DNA from: Vicugna vicugna
Lineage: Eukaryota
Assembly: GCA_013265495.1 (NCBI GenBank)
Contig: MU058781.1
Span: forward strand, 1,468,963-1,532,962
Direction of reading: 5' to 3'
DNA: 64,000 nucleotides
Shown: positions 13,341 to 25,994 of the stretch, one piece after another
Layout of the letters: each line of letters opens with the position of its first letter
How positions within the stretch are numbered: the stretch's first letter is position 1
Notes under the pieces: generated by a model
The model's database searches: none
Seen by the model: only the letters and a program-made list of their open reading frames with translations
Told to the model about the DNA's origin: nothing
Program-made: the position numbers and the translations under genes

Positions 13341-14259
13341 CTGACCCTCACCTCTGATGCCACTGTAGTCGTGCCAGACCCTGGTGTAGAGGCAAGAAGA
13401 GTGACTGGACTTAATTCAGTGATGATCACAAAACACAGTGATCGGTAGATGGAAATGATCCTCCGTGCGCTAGTGGTGGGGCAAACACACAAGCGACTAG
13501 AGTTTGCACAAGTCCTGGTAGGACAGGTGGAAGGACTCCTGACCCAGACTTGGGAGGGCAGGGATGGGACACCAGGGAAGCGGTGCCACACGGGGACCTG
13601 ATGGATGGGGGAATTCACCAACAAAAGGTGAGGGGAGACACTGTTCTAGGTAGAAATCTTTTTAGGTTCAAGGCCTGATGCGACCATGAGCTCATTACTG
13701 ACGCTCAGGCAAGTCAGTGCACACGTGGGCTTCAATTTCCTCTTGTCCAAAATGAGCGTAATGTCATCGCTCACCTCCCAGGTTCTCCCAGGTTGTCAGT
13801 GAGCAAACAGAGCCAAGAGGGGGCCAGAAGATCAGTGGCTGTTCATTTTCAGGGTGCTCCATTTCTTTGTTTGTTTTTAATTGAAGTATATTCAGTTGAC
13901 AGTGTGTCAACTTCTAGCATACAGCATAATGCTTTGGTCATACATGTACACACATATACTCATTTTCATATTCTTTCTCATTATAGGGGGAGCTCCATTT
14001 GTGAATTGAGTGAGTTGGTCTGAATAATCCGCAAGATTCCTTCCAATCCTGCACCTCTCTGAATTCTTGATTTTTATCCTTAGGTAAAGAGAAACACTGC
14101 TATTGAACAATTCTAAGTGCGGTCAATGTCAGTCAGTGTCAGTGGTGACCTGCCTCCTGACAACTGAGACTTCCCCAAGTTGAAGAAATACACTGTCCCT
14201 TGTGGTCAAACGATGACACTGGCGATGGTGATGGCATCCCCCTGACTTAAAGGGCTGTA

Positions 14260-14320
14260 AGACTGACGCAATCTGCTCCCCCACCACCCGGAGGGACCGC
14301 CCTGAGTCAGCAGCTGCTGC
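14260..14320 (+). promoter_or_regulatory. bZIP motif cluster upstream of the extra first exon (candidate promoter)
   Basis: TGACGCAAT (CRE-C/EBP composite) at 14264-14272, TGAGTCAGCA (AP-1/NF-E2/NRF2 ARE) at 14303-14312, and an overlapping E-box CAGCTG. Confidence 0.4.
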
Positions 14321-14619
14321 AGGTTTCCCAGGATCTTAACTGGAGGTTGACCTGGATGAAGACACCCAACAGCGCTCAGCTCTTGCTCCGTTGACCCCAG
14401 TGGCTCAGGTTCTCGGAGCCACTCAATCCCTCCACTGTAAGAGAACTTCAGACTTGCAGCTGGGCCCCTGTCCTTTCATTGAGTGGCCAAATTCCCCTTC
14501 TTGTTCAAAATAACAAATGAAATTTGCGCCCCCAGCAGTCTGGGGATGGACCTGCAAACTGACTTCTGTGATGGTATGAAGTCCAGCCAGTGACCAACGC
14601 AGAAGAAATAGTAAGAAAA

Positions 14620-15523
14620 ATGAACCTGAAGGTATTTGTCGTAGGGCTTGTGGCCATTTCTACAACTCTTCTGTTCCTCTATACCAACCATTTGGTCCTG
14701 CCAACATACCTGCCAGTGGGGAAAATCTCCAACTCTTCAGTGCTTGCTGAAGGCTGTGACATGATTGTAACAGGAAAGAAAATCTTGAATGAAAATATAC
14801 GCCTAAGAAACCGAAGTTGCCAGCAATACTTGATCCAGAATCACTACATAACGAAACCTCTGTCCAAAGACGAAGCCGACTTCCCTCTGGCATATGTGAT
14901 GGTCATTCACAAAGACTTTGATACATTTGAGAGGCTCTTCAGGGCTGTTTACATGCCTCAAAATGTCTACTGTGTTCACGTGGATGAGAAAGCTGCCGCT
15001 GCCTTCAAAGATGCGGTGGGAAGGCTACTGAGCTGCTTCGGAAATGCCTTTCTGGCTTCCAAGAGGGAGTCTGTGGTCTACGCAGGAGTTTCCAGGCTTC
15101 AGGCTGACCTGAATTGCCTGGAAGACCTCATAGCTTCTGAAGTGCCGTGGAAGTACAGCATCAACACCTGCGGGCAGGATTTCCCCCTGAAAACCAACAG
15201 GGAAATTGTTCAGCACCTGAAAGGCTTTAAAGGGAAAAACATCACCCCAGGGGTGCTGCCTCCTCCTCATATTCTCAGAAGGACCAAATATGTGCACTTG
15301 GAGCAGAGATACCATTTGCTTTCCTTCATGCTGTGGACTTGGATAAGAAAAATGCCTCCTCCCCATAATCTCACCATTTACTTTGGCTCTGCCTATGTCG
15401 CCCTTACGAGAGAATTTGCTAATTTTGTTCTGCAAGACCAGCGGGCCATCGATTTGCTTGACTGGTCGAAGGATACCTACTCTCCTGATGAGCATTTCTG
15501 GGTGACACTGAATCGGATTCCAG
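14620..15523 (+). CDS. GCNT2: Additional (fourth) GCNT2-type variable coding first exon, upstream of exon 1A; GT14 beta-1,6-GlcNAc transferase, N-terminal 301 codons
   Basis: ATG at 14620 (the ORF-track start at 14590 is a GTG). Starts [21 protein letters not shown] (signal-anchor). Contains the motifs [55 protein letters not shown] and [14 protein letters not shown]. 904 nt with no stop or frameshift, ending at CCAG|GTATGA, the same phase-1 donor as the other three exons. Splicing to GCNT2 exon 2 is inferred, not seen. Confidence 0.85.
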
Positions 15524-15546
15524 GTATGATAAAGTCTGGAAGCGTT

Positions 15547-15592
15547 GTGTGTGTGCGCGCATGCGTGTGCGTGAGCGTGTGGTTGTGTGTGT
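15547..15592. repeat. Imperfect (GT/GC)n alternating purine-pyrimidine tract
   Basis: gtgtgtgtgcgcgcatgcgtgtgcgtgagcgtgtggttgtgtgtgt, about 25 nt after the donor of the extra exon. Confidence 0.7.
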
Positions 15593-16107
15593 ACTTTATA
15601 CTTCGAAAATATCCTTCATGGCATTATGTATATTCACCTGTGTTTCCCAGCTTTATGGACATACCATAGACTGTTTTGTGTGTGTTTCAGTGGAACTCAT
15701 GTAAGTTATACTTCTTAGATATCAGTAAATATAGTGCTTGCTTGTAGAAGATGCTTATTGAATTTTTATTGCATTGGATGGTCACAAATCATTGCTATGA
15801 GAGGCGAAACTGCTTTTTAAGCAATTATAGTATGTTGGTTAAGAATTCAGCTCTCATTGGCATGGCTTATTCATTATGGCTTCATTTTATGTGAACGTGA
15901 ATAGTGTGAGTTAGAAAAGTTTGAGATCTGAAAAGTGCCAACAAAATATAAGAACAATCTGAAGTAGTGCGATGTCTCCAAATTAATTTCATTAAGTGGT
16001 CAGAAATTTCCAGAATTCAGTACTGTTGGGCCTGACCACACGGCAGCCTCACGCTGGTGAACGGAAACCCTGCCGTCCTCTGCTAGTGAGTCAAGAACTC
16101 ATTCTTC

Positions 16108-16235
16108 AGGGAGAGGATGTGGCTCAAGTGGTAGAGCACATGCTTAGCACACAGGGGGTCCTGGGTTCAGCCCCCAGTACCTCCGCTAAAAATAAACGAA
16201 CGTAATTACCTCCCCCTCCAAAAAATAAATAAAGT
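16108..16235 (+). mobile_element. tRNA-derived SINE
   Basis: gggagaggatgtggctcaagtggtagagcacatgcttagcacacagggggtcctgggttcagccccc. Confidence 0.8.
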
Positions 16236-16846
16236 GGAAGGACTAGGAACCTTCAAACAGAAAAAACAACTCACCCTTCATGAAAACCTCACACTAATTA
16301 TTGATGGGCAGAGTATTAAAAAATATTTTTTCCTTATTATAAAATACAGTTCTATTGTGGAAAATCTGGGGAATAAAGAAGCATAAAGTAAAATTGGTAA
16401 GTGGAAACTGTAAGAAAATAAAAGTAAGAAAGTAAAATTTATACATTATGTAAGTTGAGAAGTAATTGCTGTGAGTATCTTTGAATATTTATCTCCTCTT
16501 CCATGTATAGCTTTATGCGGTTAGGTCATACTGATTTACACAACTTTCTATTCTGCTACTTTCATTTAATAATACATGAGCATAATTTCCTTATCTTCTT
16601 GAAAATGTGTGATAATTACATTTTTTCATGGTATGGATGTACCATAATTTGCTTACCAATTCCTCCATTGTTGAGCACATGTTCCCAGCTTTTTCCTATG
16701 TAAAATGCTATTGCAGTCCATACTGGAGAATGTTCAAAAGCAAGTGACACCTTTTCACATCAAGCTTTGGCACATGTCAGTGCCGAACCCAGTAAATTGA
16801 AATTGAATAGGAACGTTTTAGGTGCTTGATACATATTGTAAAATTG

Positions 16847-17570
16847 TGTAGGGAAGGAAAAAGAAAACTTTTTCCTTTACCCTTTTGGGTTCCTCAACTA
16901 GGACCCTGGCAGTTATACCGACAAAAGCAGGTTAACAAGGGTAAAATGAACAGTTTATTAACACACAGCACACATACACCCGGGAGAAACTCACTGATGA
17001 GTAACTCCAAGGGATGGTTGAAACTTGGGGCTTGTGTAGCATCTTAACAAAGAACAATACATTTGTAGAGAAGTGATAAAACAAAGGAAAAGGAATGTAA
17101 GCTTCTTTTTAAATTCATTTTTGCTTACTTGCGGGGGTGGGGGTGGTAATTAGGTTTCTTTGTTTATTTATGTTTACAGAGGAGGTAGTGGGAATTGAAC
17201 CCAGGACCTTATGCATGCTAAGCATGCACTCTACCACTTGAGCTATGCCCTCACCTCAAGAAGTGTAAGCTTTTACAGATGGCAAACTGCAGTAAGGTGA
17301 GTATATGGGAGAACTAATGGAAGATCATAGCTAGCTAGTAAGCTTTGTTGTCTACATTCCTCTGGTGTGGTCTCCAGAAGGGTCTAGAGTCGTCTTAGGT
17401 GGTTAGAAATCATACCATTACTTCTGTGAAGAATTGTCCTGCCTTTCCCGGTCAAGAGAGAGGAAGGACAAAGAGTTTTCTTGTGTTTGCTTCTTCTCAG
17501 TTGCCTTCAACGCTAAATAATTCTTATGTCAAAGTGGCATATTTGGGGTAGCATCCTCTCAACTCCTTCA
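16847..17570. mobile_element. ERV-type LTR remnant containing a nested reverse SINE (about 17105-17255)
   Basis: TG…CA bounded (tgtagggaaggaaa … gtggcatatttggggtagcatcctctcaactccttca). The nested SINE is flanked by tgtaagctt repeats. Confidence 0.55.
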
Positions 17571-20500
17571 GCTGCCTTCTAAAACATATTCTAATTTTCA
17601 GTCAGGCCACCCATGGACTAGAGGTCTTATTTCATCACACCTCTGCTGACAGTGGACACTGATATGCTTCTTTTTAAAAGCTACTGGAATTAAAGAGAAA
17701 AAGAGCTGCACTGTTGTTTTTGTTTGCAATTCATTAGAAGTGAAATTTTCTAATGCATATTAACCATTTTTCTTTGTTTTGGTGGGTTGCCAGTTTTCTC
17801 TGTGGTGGGCTCAGAATTTAAATGTCCTATTGTTAATTATGGACAAGAACAGGTTGGGTGGGTCAGTAGAAAAAAGAATAGGGATATTCAGAGAAAAGAA
17901 TGGAGGCTGTAAGGAGCAGGGAAGGACTGAGGTGATTTGAATAAGCATAATCCTGTTAAGTAAGAGCTGCGGTGAAATAATTAGGCGATTGGCCAAGGAA
18001 TGGAAAATCAGTTCTTGCTGAGATAATTAGGTTTGACTGGCTCTTTCTAAATGAGAGGACCCAATCCCTAATCTTCAGAACAGCTGCTGCTTCTCCCCGA
18101 CCTCCATCTTCAGATCCTGAAAGGGTTTGTAAAACACCGATATTTACAAATAGAGATATTGATGATTTTATTTCTTCGTTGGTAAAAGATGCAGAACCAC
18201 ATAAAGGATTTTATTCACCTCTCTAGCAAAATTCCTGTGGACTGTTATCTATTCTTTACCCTTTTGCAAATGATACAGAATGCCAGGCAGCCAAGAAATT
18301 GAGGAAGATGAATGCTAATAAGGAAGTTGAATTGTAGATCTAGGCTTAACATGCGCAGCACAGCACGGATGAGGGGAAAGGTAACCAGTCAGGACCATTA
18401 CAATTTTTCTTTTCCAATTAGAAAATAATTCATGACCATTTAAGAAAATATGAAAAACAGGGGAAATTAGATAGAAGACAGTCATTTTTTCACAAAATGC
18501 ATTTAAGAGAAAGCTCTGTTCAAACAAGTTGGGCTTCTTTTAGTCTTTTCAGAAACAAGTAACTTTAAAAATTGTTACTTGCTGTTCCTTTGACTTCTCT
18601 TGACTCTACTGCAAATTTTGTTTTTAAAACATTGAAGTTTATAAATTATGTCTAACCATTTATGGGAAGAGAGGAACCTGGGTAAATGCATAATAGCACT
18701 TAGCTTGTTCCCTGGAGCATGAATCATAACTCATTCTGGAAGAGTATATTCATTCCTGGAAAGCTCATGTAGGCCCTCCTGGTGACATGGCCTGGGAGGA
18801 ATCTGAGGTTGGAGCTAAGTGACTTGCTCAAAATACACCAGCTTCCAACTCGGAGGCTAGAATCTGGCCTCCTAACTTCCAGCCCTGGGAAGTTATCCTG
18901 CTAAATCCTAAATTTAGTGCAATTTAGATATCTTACTAAATCCTGTTGTCGTCTTGAGACTTCCCTTCCCGAGTGTGTAGGCCTTTTGGGGGAACTCAGC
19001 TCTACATCTGTTTAAGGTCACTCCAGATCCGGGGCTAAAGGATTTCCGGCCTGGAACTAAAATTTAAGGGTGAACCTTAAGCACAAAGAAACTGTGAAGA
19101 AAATCCAAAAGTCCTTTCTATGGGAAAAGCAACTCCTGAGTGGATAAATTGAACAGAAGTCTCAGGAAAATTAATTATCATGAGCCCTGTTTCAGAGTGT
19201 CCTGGTGGGGAATCCAGTTATTTCAAGGGCAGTTATTTCCCTGTGCAACACCTTTTTTTTTAAATTTTTAAATGAATCTTTTTATTTTGAGGTAATTATA
19301 GATTCAGTTGTAGTTGTGAGAAATAAAAAAGAGACATCATCTACTCTACTCACTTTCCCCTAATGGTAACATCATATAAACTACAGTGAAATATAACAAT
19401 CAATTACTGACTGGCATTGATATAGCCAAGATAGAGAACATTTTCATCTTCCCTGTGCAGCATCTTATAACATGTCTGGAGTTAGAAGTGTTAGGTTCAA
19501 AGCGTCCAGGACCCCGTAGGGGATGGGTAAGCTGGTGTTGGGTAGCACTTAGCACCTGGACAACAGTAACTTGAGACATCCGGGCTCCAGGCACAGCTCA
19601 TTCTAAGGCTCTGTCTTTGAGACGCTAAAGGACAGGTCTTTGGGGTGGGACTCCCCCCACAAACAGGCAGACAGGACTTTGCACTTCCACATTCCAGCTT
19701 TTGTTTTTCTACTTTTAAATACCAAGGTTAACTCTGTTACCCCGCCCCTACCTTAAAGAAAAGAGTATTTGCAGCAGGATGTTTCTAGGCAACTTTATCC
19801 TCCTGGGAGTGGAGAGAGAGGTAGGTGGAGGCCAATTTGCTGGAAAATTACTGGAAGGAGGAGTTTGGGAGGAGGTGATTTTCTGGAAACATTACCTCTA
19901 TTTACTCGCCAATAGCAATTTAAGATCCAGTAGCCTTGAACCCATTTGGGTGACATTGGTGTTTTCGATTTCCATAATCTAGCACAGTACCAGGCATAAA
20001 GTAAGTACACAAAAAACGTTTGTTAAATGACTGAATGAATCATTTGATTGGGGTACATGAGATTTCTGTTTCTATTTTTTCCAAGCATAACACTTGTTAG
20101 TGTGTTTTTTCATTTCGTGATATACTTACTGGGGAACCATGAATTTTCATTTGTCTTGTTAAATCATTAGTATCCAGAGATATCTTAGTTACACCTTTTA
20201 ACTTTTCATTAAAAGGCAATGTTCATTTCTAACTTAATGATTTGAATTATGTTCTTCAGTTCCCTTCAGTCAAGGGGAAAATGTTTCCAGAATTTAATAA
20301 AGTATTGGCACTCCTTGGTGTTTAAAATGTCCTTTATTTAATTAGTCACTCCTGGCAACATTCGTGTGAGATATGAACTTCATTTGATAATATGCAGAAC
20401 TGAAAATGAAGCCCTGGACCAGCTAGGAAAGTGACGAGGATGTTCTGCAAGTAATTTCTATGAAAATCCATCTTTTGGAATGAAAGACAAATCTACTAAG

Positions 20501-23500
20501 TAAATTCAGGTTTTGCCAAACACAAAGCTACTTTTCTATCCTCCTGCCTTTTTCAACTTGGGCCTTTGGTAATCATCTCTGGGAAAGAAGTTCTTTCCCC
20601 ATCCAGCGATGGGTCGGCCAAATAGAAAATAGGCATCAGACTGTGGGCTTCAAGAAGAAATGGGGACACTGCCATCCAGCACCTGGAGACCCTAAAGATT
20701 CGGGGATCCGTTTCTTTGTCCTCTGTTCTGATTGAACAGTGTATCGTAGTCAGAAGGTGGGGCCTACAGTCTCACAGCACGGAATTCTCAGTGATCAGAA
20801 GCTTCAGGTCTCCCTGGGGTGGGAACCCTTGCTGTAGCAGTGACCGTGAGCTCCTGTAATTTCCAAATCAAATCAAGGACTTTGTGAGGAATAGAGTGGA
20901 GGAAGGAAAGAGCAGGCATTGAGAAAGATGAAGAGCCCAGTTGGCCACTGGGTTTGGACCCTTGTTTTAACTTTCCCCCACGACATGCAGCCTCTACAAT
21001 CCAGCCACAACTCAAACCTGAGGTCTTTCTGTGCAGAGAGAAGTTAGATGGTTAAAACTTCTGAGGTTCTTGGGCTCAGCGCCTCCGTTAGCCTTTGGCA
21101 TTGAACCCAAATGTTGTCAGATATCTTTTCCAGGCAAATGCAGCTGGAAGGGGCTTTGGGGGTCAGATTGTAACCCGGAGGTGCTGTTCACCTGTCAGCT
21201 CTCTGCTTCAGCTTTGCGCTGCCCCAGTGATCTTTAATTAATCGACTGTTTGAAGAAGACCAACTTCTTCTTGCATTTTTCTGCAGTCCCCCTTCCAGTG
21301 ACTTTATGTCCCCCCGAACTCTTTTCTTCCCCATGGCTTTCCCTCAAGATCTGAAATTCCCTCTGACATCTCGGGCCAGCCCCCAGCTGGGTGCTTTTTT
21401 GTATATTACTTCTGGAATCCTCCCAGCTCCACCAGGAGGTTGATGTTGGAAAATAACCCAGACTCAGAGGTGTAGGTGACCCGGCTGGAAGGAAGCCGTC
21501 GTTGAAGGACCCCCAGAAATGGCAGGGGGTGTTGTCTCAAATTTACCCCAGAGGAAGCTGTGAGGTGTGAGGTCTGATGACTGGTTCAAGAGCTCCCGGC
21601 TGTCAAGTGTGGCTTTGGCCCAACTGAAGACCTTCTGACCTACTGTCCAGGCTCTTCTGGGCTATTTTAAGCCCTGTTGCTTCCGGCTATTTCTTGTGGT
21701 TACAAAAAAAAAAAAAAGAGAACAAAGAATAAGAAACAAACAAACAAACAAAAAACCATTGATGAGGGAAAAACAGGGCACAGAATTTAGCAATAGTAAA
21801 TACATAACTAAATAAAGAAAGAGAGGGACGAGAGCCTGGGCAGGGGAACAGCTGGCGGGGTCAGAAGACCGAACGTCACATGCACCCAAGGCCAGTTTGA
21901 CCCAAGCGTCCCTCGCTCTGTGATCTCAGCAGGCTTTCGTGGATGCCAAGAAACTTTCCATTAGGTTTCCCTGGTTTCTGACTTGGGCACAGAGGTGATG
22001 TCATGATGAAATGAACGCGGGAAAAGCGCTTTGGCTACCCTGTGGCCCCAAGCAGAAGGAAGACGAGGAAGCTGCACTGTGGAAACGGGGCCCTTTTCTT
22101 TCGCTCCCTTTCTACAGTCAGCTGTCAGCATGAAACGCTAAGGGCAGTTTTCTTAGTGGAATACATATTAGTTTATGTCCTGGAGTGAGAATTTATAAGA
22201 ATGTACATTTTGTAGAAATAAGCAAGTACCGGTTGAACTCTGGGACGTCAGTACACAGCCTACCATTTTCGGAGTGGCCAAGTCACAGGTCTGTACTGGT
22301 TTCCAACTTCTTTAGAACTCTAGCCTACCTGACCACTGCCTTCAACTTAAAGTTGGGGGCAACCGTTTTGATCTAATGTTCAAGAGGGGATGAAGAATTG
22401 CTGTTCTCATCACCATCTTCTACTATTTCCCATATTAGAGAAATGATCAGTGGTATATTATGAAAGGGCTTCAGGAAAGCCAGGAGGGTCAGGAGAATCA
22501 TATTTCCCACGTGGTGGTTTCCCACGTGACCATGAAGAACATAAACTTCAGGTAGCACTCAGTAGATGCAAAGAGAAGATTGATTCTGATTCTTGTAAAA
22601 ATGTCTAGCATTGTCAAAGGCAGAAGACCCTCGAAGCATGTCAGGTGAGGGACAGTGAAGGACACCACGGCAATGAAGTGCTAACTTGCAAACGTTCTTT
22701 ACCCTGTAACTGTAGGGTTGTAAATTCAGGGCAAAAAAGGCAAATTATTACAGATGCTTTTATGCATGAGATCTCTGGAGGGATGGAACCGTGCCAAGAA
22801 TGAAGAGACAGCCAAAATAAACAAAGGAAAAGCTGATGCAATTATCTGGATATATTAGGAGAAAAGGCTCTAAAAATGATTGGATTGGTTTAGACAAGCA
22901 TACTGAGGCAAGGATGCCTTCATTTATTCATCCCTATTGTTAATTTCACTTGATGTGGACAGTGGATGCCCAAAGGGCTATTAAAAATTAAAATTAGCAA
23001 AATTTTAGTCATCATTTCAGGAAAGATTGCTCTTTGTGTCTACTGTATTGAAGAAATGATTTGCTCTAAAGAATTTTAAGTAGATACATGAAAGTTACAT
23101 AAATGATATTGGGGTTCATTAATTCATTACTTGGGAACATACAGACCAGACTGCATGCACCTGAATCGTGCAGTGGGGTCTGATTTCTAAAACAAGTACA
23201 GACTGACCCCCGAGTTCTGGAGAATTTCCCTGGGTCCTTTCTTATCATCATTTTCTCTGCTCCCGAAGCTTACCAAATGGAGTTGGCCACCACCTGGTTA
23301 ATGCGTGAGCTTTCAGCTGAGGTGGGAAAACCACCAATAGCCAATGATAACTCCAGTCTTGCGTTCTAAGGGAAAGGTTGTTCAGATAACACCCAGTGGA
23401 AACTAAAGAGCACAGTGGAAAATGTTATGCTCTAGCAGTAAGTGCAAAATGCAGGATGCAAACTTGCACCTCCTGTGTTTTTAGTAAAATCAAAATGTGT

Positions 23501-23746
23501 ATGTCTAGAGACAAGAGGAAGATGCAAGTGCAGGATGTGAAAACACCATATGCACAAACTATCTGTAACATTATGCTGTCTTTATAATTAAGGCGTTATT
23601 GGAAAAATTAGGTACTTTGTCCACAGATCCACAGATACAAATATAGATCACAAATCACAAAATGGAAATCACATATACAGGATTCCCACACTAATGTGAT
23701 AAGGGAAACAGGGAAATGCAAACTAGAGCACTCAATCAGTAAGTAT

Positions 23747-24597
23747 TTTTTTAAATTGAGGTACAGTCCATTTACAATGTGTTAGTTTCAGGTGTACAGC
23801 ATAGTGATTCAGTTGTACATATAGATAGATTCCTCTTTGTATTCTTTTTCAATATGGGTTATTACAAGATACTGAATATAGCCCCCTGTGCTATACGGTA
23901 GGACCTCGTTGTTTATCTGTTTCATAGACAGTAGTTAGTATCCGCAGATCTCCAACTCCCAATTTATCCCTCCCCACCCCACTTTCCCCTCTGGTAACCA
24001 TCAGTTTGTTTTCTATGTCTGTGAGTCTCTTTCTGTTTCATAAATAACTTCATCTGTGTCTTTTTTTTTTGATTCCACATATAAGTGATATATGGTATTT
24101 TTCTCTTTCTGGCTTAATTCACTTAGTAGGACAATCTCCAGGTCCATCCATGTTGCTGCAAATGGCTTTAATTTCATTCTTTCTATGGCTGAGCAGCATT
24201 CCATTGTGTAAATATACTGCAAATTCTTGATCCAGTCATCTGTCGAAGGACATTTAGGCTGCTTCTATGTCTTAGCTATTGTAAATAGTGCTGCTGTGAG
24301 CATTGGGGTGCGTGTTTATTTTTGAATTAGGGTTCCCTCCGGATATATGCCCAGAAGTGGGATTGCTGGATCATAGGGTAAGTCTATACTCAGGTTTTTA
24401 AGGAATCTCTATACTGTTTTCCATAGTGGCTGCACCAAACTACATTCCCACCAACAGTGTAGAAAGGTTCCCTTTTCTCCACACCCTCTCCAGCGTTTAT
24501 CATTTAGGAATTTTTCACGATGGCCATTCTGACTGGTGTGAGGTGATACTTCCTTGTAGTTCTGCTTTGCATTTCTCTGATAATTAGCGATATCGAT
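23747..24597 (-). mobile_element. L1 fragment (ORF2 C-terminus and 3'UTR), decayed
   Basis: The - strand translation gives L1 ORF2 remnants (YTMECCSAI…[49 protein letters not shown]). Confidence 0.92.
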
Positions 24598-25994
24598 CAA
24601 TAAGTGTTTGATTGCCTAATATGTGCAGACAGTGGTGGGAGCGCAAATGAAACACCCCTTCTGCGCACATGCACAACGTGCCTCCACCCTTGTGTGTCTA
24701 ATTACCAAATAAAACAAACTGATCCATGTCATGAGACGTATAACCTAATTTGCAAGGGCTCTCAGAGGGAGGAGCAAGGGGAGGATACGGTTCTCAGGGA
24801 GAAGTGGTCATTGTGTCCTTTCCTTGTTGTGCGAGCTGGGAGGAGGAACTTTTGTTTACTCCAGTCTCCCAGCCCCATTGCTGCGGGGCAGGCGATGAAC
24901 TCTTGATATATTTCCTCATTTTATTCTCAGGACTGACCTATGAAGGTGGTAAAATTACTCTCTTCTTTCATAGAGAGGGAAACTCCTCTGGAAGGTTTCT
25001 ACATCTGAATCGAAGAGCCTCTCTCCTTAAGTTCTAGAACATCCCAGACAGCTCCTCCCTCCTACCTCTCCAGGCATCAGGCTGGTCCCCCGTATCCTCC
25101 TTGGGCTTGGATAAAATAAACTTGGCATCTCTAACTTCAGCTTTAGCCTCTACACAATTTGGGGGTGATATTGGGCTGTTAGGGTTTTTTGGTTTGAGTT
25201 TCTTTTTTTTTTTTAATTAGCCTTTATTCAGTAAGTTAGATGGTGAGGTAAGCTTGCTAATGTGCCTTTTTAAGGCCATTCCTTTTAGCAGAGAAAATTA
25301 TGTGCTGGAAGGAATTTGTCTTCATCGTCGGTCATAAGCTGCACTTTATAGTGTAGCCCGCCAATATGGAGAGGGGGTGTGTGTGGAAAAGACAGGGTTA
25401 AGCGATTAAATTTTAAGCACTAAATATTTATTGACAGAGTATCTCTCCAGGCGGTGTTCACATGCTTAGAACTGATGATTTTAACTTGGCAGTGCTCTTT
25501 AAGCAAACAAACTCGGTCAGTTGAACTCAATGATTAACAGGAAGCTGGGGAGCAGACACACTTGCCAACCTTTGGGCTGGGAGGAGAGGCTGGGGTTGAG
25601 GTCTCAGAGCGGTGATTTGCAGAGTGGTCACTTCACCCCTTGGGGATTTTCCTGCAGGGAAAAGTGGGTACACTGGAGTCACAACTTCCCTGAAGCAACT
25701 TGTTTTTGTGTAGAAACAGATTGCAGGTTAGCAGGGGACTGAGCAAACCAAATCCAAGGGAGTCACTTCAGAAATGTGTCAGAGAAAGGTGGAAATGCAA
25801 CGCAGCAGCGAATGAGGACAGAAGGAAGACAGAAAAGGGACCACCAGCACGTCAACGTGGGGATCGCGGAAAAGCCAGTCAGAACTCTATCTACCAAGAA
25901 GATGACTGTGGACTCTGAAGAAAATGTAAGTTAAATATATCTACACTCTGATCAGATCTCAAGAGACATTTTACTCAATCCCTGGTTCTGAATA

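Noticed and set aside
1..14000. Further decayed exon-1 cassettes or shared exons 2/3
   Set aside because: I found no remnant of the conserved core motifs by eye here or between the cassettes. A TBLASTN search would be needed to exclude highly decayed copies.
15025..15495. Antisense ORFs over the GCNT2 exons (also 26418-26693 and 41891-42121) that resemble each other
   Set aside because: Their similarity simply mirrors the near-identical sense-strand tracts, and their starts and stops are not conserved.
14590..15669. 359-aa ORF as a complete single-exon glycosyltransferase
   Set aside because: The start at 14590 is GTG, and the likely start is the ATG at 14620. The tail after NRIPG ([16 protein letters not shown]…) is translated intron and microsatellite beyond a conserved donor. 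The GT14 C-terminal region normally supplied by exons 2 and 3 is missing.
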